DNA from: Methanocellales archaeon
Lineage (GTDB): Archaea; Halobacteriota; UBA148
DNA: 64,000 nt
NCBI GenBank assembly: GCA_028715985.1
Contig: JAQUQR010000004.1
Coordinates: 73,223 to 137,222, forward strand
Reading direction: 5' to 3'
Position numbers and translations under genes: made by a program. The notes below the pieces were generated by a model. That model saw only the letters and a program-made list of their open reading frames with translations, searched no databases and had not been told where the DNA came from. Numbering within the stretch: the first letter of the stretch is position 1; each line of letters begins with the position of its first letter. Positions 58,651-64,000 of this stretch are shown piece by piece.

Positions 58651-59748
58651 TTAGTTAGGCGAAATACGCCGATTAAGGGGGGGTATATACTCATTGAAGA
58701 ATTTTTTAATTTCTTCAATGTTTAATATAATTTGAATATCCCCTTTATTACCATCTAAACAAACAATTTGACCATCAGCAAATTTATTGTAGTCACAACA
58801 AACTACGCAAGGAATACCTAACGACCTGCTTACTATCGCCAAATGTCCTGTAAAGCCCCCACATTCCTGTAGTCCTATGATCCCGATACATCGTTTAATG
58901 CAGGGAATCATTTCTGGTGTGGCATACTTAAGTACCCCAATATCTCCGTCAAGAGTTTTATCTAAATCCTCAATAGAATTGATAATTTTTATCATACCAT
59001 AAACAACACCGGGAGATGCTGCGGTTGCATGCAGGAGGATTCCATTCGCTGGATAAGATTTACTTTTTCTCTGATAAAGGGGAGAATTACTTTGACTTTC
59101 ATACTCTGATTTAACTATATCTTTTATCTCATCGATTGACTGGTCTAATGGTTGTAATGAGTGATTTTGGACAAATTTGTTCCACAAATCTGTAAATTCT
59201 TTTTCAGTGTTAGTATCTGATTCTTTTACTTCGCCTATAATGATTTCTCTCCTCAAAAAATCTTTGATTTCATTAAACTTTTCATATGAGATTTTACTAT
59301 GAAAATGTGCCTCTCTTATAGCATAAATTTTGGTCAGATATTCAAAAAGTATACCGCTAGAGTTTGAGAATTTCTCATGCGTTTTTTCATTTATTTTGTT
59401 TTTTCTTCGCCAAGCTTTGTATGTTTCGCAAAATGCATTTGCAATAATTCCAGATGCTATCGATATAAGAGCCGTTATATAGATGTCCTCATAGCGTGGA
59501 ACTTTACGAAAACGGTAAATACCTTCATAAAATTCCACAAATTTAAAAGAATCAAAATCCAATAATTTTATCCAAACGTCCCGAAGCGGTCTGATTACTC
59601 CAAAATCTGCAGAATATTCATAAATCAAACGATCTTTCAAATAAGTTAAATTATGTATCTTCAAATAACGTATAGTTGCCTTTGTTGCTATATTATCACA
59701 CTCATTCAAGAGATCACATAACTCAGTATGAGGTATTGATTTGCTCAT
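58651..59748 (-). CDS. AT-rich protein with unknown N-terminus and C-terminal PEP-utilising phospho-histidine (mobile) domain
   Basis: ASPGVVYG, GD..V...TPE, GGFTGHLAIVSRSLGIPCVV, DGQIV.LDG..G. Confidence 0.78.
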   Translation of the reverse strand: MSKSIPHTELCDLLNECDNIATKATIRYLKIHNLTYLKDRLIYEYSADFGVIRPLRDVWIKLLDFDSFKFVEFYEGIYRFRKVPRYEDIYITALISIASGIIANAFCETYKAWRRKNKINEKTHEKFSNSSGILFEYLTKIYAIREAHFHSKISYEKFNEIKDFLRREIIIGEVKESDTNTEKEFTDLWNKFVQNHSLQPLDQSIDEIKDIVKSEYESQSNSPLYQRKSKSYPANGILLHATAASPGVVYGMIKIINSIEDLDKTLDGDIGVLKYATPEMIPCIKRCIGIIGLQECGGFTGHLAIVSRSLGIPCVVCCDYNKFADGQIVCLDGNKGDIQIILNIEEIKKFFNEYIPPLNRRISPN

Positions 59749-59974
59749 CTCTTGTATCCCCGCAGCTATTTTGATAATTCGTTCATATGTGACATAAATG
59801 TCGTATATCCTTCCATTTAGGAGTTATCTATTGAGACATGATATTGGCTAGTTATCTATTGAAATTATCTATTTAGCTTTTAGCGGATCTTTTTAAAATG
59901 CATTGGGTGATGGCTTTAGTTCCATAAGTTTAGCAGTCTTTTTGAAACCACCAACCTACAAATTCTACAGTAAA

Positions 59975-61258
59975 CTAGGGCGATAGCCTATGCTGGTCTC
60001 TTGGGAACAAGACGACCTCCCGAATATTGCTGAGGTCGAGCATCGTCATCAGCAATCGCTCCAGCCCCAGCCCCCATCCTGCATGGGGCGGCATTCCGAA
60101 TTTGAAAGCCCTCAGGTAAAATTCAAATCCTTCTGGATTCAGCCCTTGTGCCTCGATCCTTCTCAGGAGCAGGTCGGGGGAATGTATCCTCTGTGCTCCT
60201 GAGGAGAGCTCCATTCTGGGATGCATCAGATCAAACGCTTTGCATATCTCCGGGCGATCTTCATAGGGCTCTGTGTAATAGGGCTTGATCTCGGTGGGCC
60301 AATCCACTATGAAGTAATGCTTGCCCATCTTCTCTCCAATAGCCTTTTCTGTTGCCGTATCCAGGTCATCTCCCCATTCCATATCTCCAATATCTATCGC
60401 CTCCTCATAGGGCAATCGCTTGAAGGGTGCCTTTGGAGCCCTGAGCTGCAGGCCCAGAATGTCAAGCTCATTTTTGCAACTCTTGATCACGTCTGAATAT
60501 ACGCTCTCAACCAGGAGTTCTAAGATAGACATCACATCTTCGTGGGTGACAAAGGAAGCCTCTATGTCAATAGAACTGACCTCGTTCAGATGTTTGGTGG
60601 TGTCATGCTCTTCCGCTCTGAATATCGGTCCGATTTCATAGACCCTGTCCAATCCGGCCGACATCATGATCTGTTTATATAGTTGTGGGCTTTGGCTGAG
60701 AAATGCCTCCCGCTCGAAATACGTGATCGGAAACAGCTCAGTGCCCCCCTCTGTGGCTGTGGCAACGATCTTGGGCGTATGTATCTCTTTAAAGCCGCTG
60801 TTATCCAAGAAAGCTCGAATCGTCTTTAATACATGGTGACGGATTACGAATATCGCCTGTGTGCTTTGCCGCCTGATGTCCATGAATCTGGAGTCCAATC
60901 TCGTATCCAAATCAGCGCTCACTTTTCCTGTAACGTCCAATGGGAGCGGAGAATCTGCCTTGTTCAGCACCTGGACATCACTTGGGATGATCTCATAGCC
61001 GTTGGGTGCCTTGTCCTCTCTTTTGACGAAGCCAGATATCAAAACCACAGATTCTCTGGAAATGCCTCGGACTATGTTGAATAATTTTTCATCTACCTTG
61101 CCTTTGGGTAGCGTTACTTGCACTAATCCTTCCCTATCCCTGAGAACGAGGAATGTGATCCCGCCGAGATCCCTTGTCTCATGGACCCACCCTGCTATGA
61201 CTACCTTCTTACCATCATCGTCTGGCGTTATCTCTCTGGAGTAATGTGTTCGTAGCAT
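59975..61258 (-). CDS. aspS: Aspartate-tRNA ligase (archaeal type, probably non-discriminating)
   Basis: [46 protein letters not shown]. Confidence 0.96.
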   Translation of the reverse strand: MLRTHYSREITPDDDGKKVVIAGWVHETRDLGGITFLVLRDREGLVQVTLPKGKVDEKLFNIVRGISRESVVLISGFVKREDKAPNGYEIIPSDVQVLNKADSPLPLDVTGKVSADLDTRLDSRFMDIRRQSTQAIFVIRHHVLKTIRAFLDNSGFKEIHTPKIVATATEGGTELFPITYFEREAFLSQSPQLYKQIMMSAGLDRVYEIGPIFRAEEHDTTKHLNEVSSIDIEASFVTHEDVMSILELLVESVYSDVIKSCKNELDILGLQLRAPKAPFKRLPYEEAIDIGDMEWGDDLDTATEKAIGEKMGKHYFIVDWPTEIKPYYTEPYEDRPEICKAFDLMHPRMELSSGAQRIHSPDLLLRRIEAQGLNPEGFEFYLRAFKFGMPPHAGWGLGLERLLMTMLDLSNIREVVLFPRDQHRLSP

Positions 61259-61471
61259 CTAATCACTCGATTATTTTTGCTCTCTTAGATAGTTACGTCC
61301 AGGTTTAAAAGTCTAATCTTATCTCATCTCCTCAAAGTTCTAAACACACGAAAAGACGAATCTATAGAATCGAAAGCTTCAATAATCTACAGGTTAAGTA
61401 TTTTACGTCCTATAGAAAACCTTTGAAAAAGAGCATTTATCCTAAATTTTGTAAGGAAAGGACGTGCTATA

Positions 61472-62254
61472 ATGGATATAAAGCAGTCTTTGCTGGATAC
61501 TGAAAATGCCCTACGCGATTTTATTCAGTATACCCTGCAAGCTAAATTCGGTGAAGAATGGATTTGCCACTTGGGAGCAACAGACGATCGGGTTAACCAA
61601 TGGAAATCCCGAATGGAAGAAGAGAGGCAACGTGCTGGACCTGTGGAAGAGCGCCTTCTTTATTACGCCGATTTTTATGATTTGCAGAAGATAATCGAGG
61701 AGAACTGGGAGCCATTATTCAAAAACGTCTTCTTCGATTTAGGAACTCTGGGTGTATATTTTGACCAATTGCGAGATTTTCGAGATGCCCGGGAGTTATT
61801 ACTTTTCCAACAAAATCTGGTCCTGGGCATTTGTGGGGAGATTAGGTCACTCATTGTAAAATATCGCAGCAGGGCCCATTTCCCGCAAATCGAGTCAGCT
61901 CAGGATAGTTTAGGATCGCTTTTGTTGCCTGGGCCTATAGTGCAATTCACTCTGGCAAAGAAGGTATTAAGGATGGTTCCAGTCACTCTAACGGAAAAGG
62001 TGTTAAGGCCCGGTGACGAGGTCGAGTTTATAATCACTGCGTCTGATAAAGAGGGGGGAGAAATAGAATTTGCAATTCAGAAGGGTTGTAGTATGTGTGA
62101 AAAATGGCAGAAGGACAATCATTTCAAATGGAGAATTGACGACTCTGATATAGGCAAAAAAACTGACCTTACCTTCTATATTCGAAGCATGCGGAAGCAT
62201 CACGCAATGGGAGACTATGACGATTTTGTTAATTTCTCTTATATTATCATTTAA
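61472..62254 (+). CDS. Swt1-like HEPN-domain protein with C-terminal beta domain
   Basis: ENALRDFI, LLYYADFYDL.KII..NW..F, RELL...Q.LVLGI.GEIR pattern resembles HEPN_Swt1. Confidence 0.6.
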   Translation: MDIKQSLLDTENALRDFIQYTLQAKFGEEWICHLGATDDRVNQWKSRMEEERQRAGPVEERLLYYADFYDLQKIIEENWEPLFKNVFFDLGTLGVYFDQLRDFRDARELLLFQQNLVLGICGEIRSLIVKYRSRAHFPQIESAQDSLGSLLLPGPIVQFTLAKKVLRMVPVTLTEKVLRPGDEVEFIITASDKEGGEIEFAIQKGCSMCEKWQKDNHFKWRIDDSDIGKKTDLTFYIRSMRKHHAMGDYDDFVNFSYIII

Positions 62255-62382
62255 TTCCCAAGCGATGACCTAGGATATGACAAGAATACTAGGAGACGAT
62301 AGCATACTAAAATCTTGAAGTATACTCATGCTTCGATTCAATGCAGATTGATATTTATTGGCTGGGCTTTTTCTCTATTCCA

Positions 62383-63669
62383 TCACTCCTCAAACCTCTT
62401 CCTGATCGAATCCGCATGGGCTTCAAGCCCCTCTGCCCTGGCAAGCGCTATTATGTCCTCTTTTACACTGCTCAATCCTTCCTTACTGAGAATCTGGATG
62501 CTCGTCTTCTTCGTGAAGTGGTCCACGTTCAGACCGGAAAGCACTCTGGCATACCCTCCTGTGGGTAGAACGTGATTCGTCCCATACGCATAATCGCCTC
62601 CTGCTACCGGGGAGTATTCACCGATGAAGATCGAGCCGGCATGTTTGATCTTCTTCAACACGCTCAGGGCATCTGAGGTCATCAGCTCCAAATGCTCTGG
62701 AGCGAATTTGTTGACGAATTCGATCCCCTCCTCTAGATCGCTCACAGTCAGAATGGCGCTACGCTCTAGTGCTTTTGCTATGATGTCCTTTCGCTGCTCT
62801 TTTTTCCCTTGCACTTTCAACTCGCTGCTCACAGCTTTCGCTAGTTCATCTGAGGTCGTGATCAGGACGGAAAGGGACATGGGATCGTGCTCAGCCTGTG
62901 CGATCATATCTGATGCGATGATCGACGCCCTTTTGTTCAGAGGTTGATCCGCAAGGATCATGACCTCGCTGGGACCAGCAGGAAAATCTATCTCAACCTC
63001 GTTACGCACCAGCATTTTGGCAGCGGTTACGTAGACGTTTCCGGGGCCAACGATCTTGTCAACCTTTGGTATCGTCTCTGTGCCATAGGCCATCGCAGCT
63101 ATGGACTGAGCGCCACCCACCTTATATACGCTGTCTGCCCCGGCGATGTTTGTGGCCACCAGTGTGAGTGGGTCTATCTTTCCGTCTGGCTTGGGCGGAG
63201 TGCATACTATCACATCTTCCACACCCGCTACCTTTGCGGGAATGACGGTCATCAAAGCCGTCGAGGGGTAAGATGCCAAACCACCGGGCACATATGCACC
63301 TACACACTCCAAGGGTTCAGTCTTTTGACCTAACAACATTCCTGGTGCAAATTCTGACAGCCACAGATCCTCTTTCAACTGTCCTCCATGGAAGGCTGCA
63401 ATGTTTATCGACGCGCTCTCCAGATATCTGATGAGTTCTTTGTCCAGAGACCTTTCTGCCTCTTGCATCTCCTCCTCTGTGACCTCCAGCCCTTTAAGTT
63501 CAACCCCGTCGAACTCCTTGGTGTACTTGATCAGGGCCGCATCGCCTTTTTCTCGTACATCTGCCAGAATGCTCTTTACGCTTTCCATCGGCTTTTGCAG
63601 AGCAATCTCTCTATGCAATAACCGCTCAATTTCAGTGTCGCTCAACTCAGAAAGCCTTTTAATTATCAT
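62383..63669 (-). CDS. hisD: Histidinol dehydrogenase
   Basis: YVPGG.ASYPST, GGAQSIAA, GPGNVYV, AGPSE, AQAEHD, APEHL, GTNHVLPT. Confidence 0.97.
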   Translation of the reverse strand: MIIKRLSELSDTEIERLLHREIALQKPMESVKSILADVREKGDAALIKYTKEFDGVELKGLEVTEEEMQEAERSLDKELIRYLESASINIAAFHGGQLKEDLWLSEFAPGMLLGQKTEPLECVGAYVPGGLASYPSTALMTVIPAKVAGVEDVIVCTPPKPDGKIDPLTLVATNIAGADSVYKVGGAQSIAAMAYGTETIPKVDKIVGPGNVYVTAAKMLVRNEVEIDFPAGPSEVMILADQPLNKRASIIASDMIAQAEHDPMSLSVLITTSDELAKAVSSELKVQGKKEQRKDIIAKALERSAILTVSDLEEGIEFVNKFAPEHLELMTSDALSVLKKIKHAGSIFIGEYSPVAGGDYAYGTNHVLPTGGYARVLSGLNVDHFTKKTSIQILSKEGLSSVKEDIIALARAEGLEAHADSIRKRFEE

Positions 63670-64000
63670 GTTTGATCCCAACCCTGTAAGTTTAGTTCAT
63701 TATCGAATCCATCTATCATCTCTTTCATCTCTTTTTTATTCATGTATCTTAATTCTTCGGACAACTTCACCATATTCGGTATTGCTCTGACCACATTGTC
63801 CACCACTGTTATAGTGGCCGTTCTGGAGGTTCTACTCAATGGGTTCAGGTCTATCGCTATGACGGTTTTACCCATGTGCACCAGAGCTTCACACCTATCC
63901 CCATCCTCCAAGGCCACGAGCACTGCATCCGCTCCATAAATCCCTTTTTTTTCCACCTTTCCTCTTTCGTGCATTATGCCTGGTATGCTTGAATCGGCCT
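63666..64000 (-). CDS. 4-phosphopantoate-beta-alanine ligase (phosphopantothenate synthetase), 5'-truncated by the window edge
   Basis: GIY.AD.VLV.LEDGDRCEAL..MGK.VIAIDLNPLSRT. Confidence 0.9.
   Translation of the reverse strand, partial: ADSSIPGIMHERGKVEKKGIYGADAVLVALEDGDRCEALVHMGKTVIAIDLNPLSRTSRTATITVVDNVVRAIPNMVKLSEELRYMNKKEMKEMIDGFDNELNLQGWDQT

Noticed and set aside
58640..58665. GCCTAAC at the end of the PEP-domain gene as an attC inverse core
   Set aside because: There is no matching complementary GTT core upstream of the gene and no attC-like hairpin.

Overview
This window is archaeal chromosome, most similar in protein style to Halobacteriota (Methanosarcinia/Syntropharchaeia-like anaerobes); that assignment is my inference. 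It contains, in order: the 3' end of an aconitase-family large subunit; a ~15 kb cluster of seven secreted or surface protein genes (1744-16936) built from a small set of shuffled modules; the conserved rpl15e-RNase P-proteasome-exosome-rpoP-pcc1-pfdB superoperon; metabolic and DNA-repair genes (LeuA/CimA family, mptA, lhr, metallophosphoesterase, Ogg-type glycosylase, Rib7/ArfC); an accessory stretch with an inverted-repeat-flanked NucS-like gene, a TIR-bounded transposase-less element and two thioferritin genes; tRNA-Lys(UUU) with a 93-nt intron; the rpoH-rpoB-rpoA1-rpoA2-rpl30e-nusA-rps12-rps7 operon, with an unsplit rpoB and an N-terminally extended RpoA2 that probably starts at CTG; an XRE operon with four operator-like sites phased exactly 21 bp apart; smc-scpA-scpB; aspS; hisD; and part of a phosphopantothenate synthetase. 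The best candidate for an undescribed system is the surface cluster. Its N-terminal 'head' modules (A, B) and C-terminal 'tail' modules (C', C) are distributed across the genes like cognate docking pairs of a branched, cellulosome-like surface scaffold, and only two members have membrane anchors. No database searches were run; all family calls come from motif recognition.
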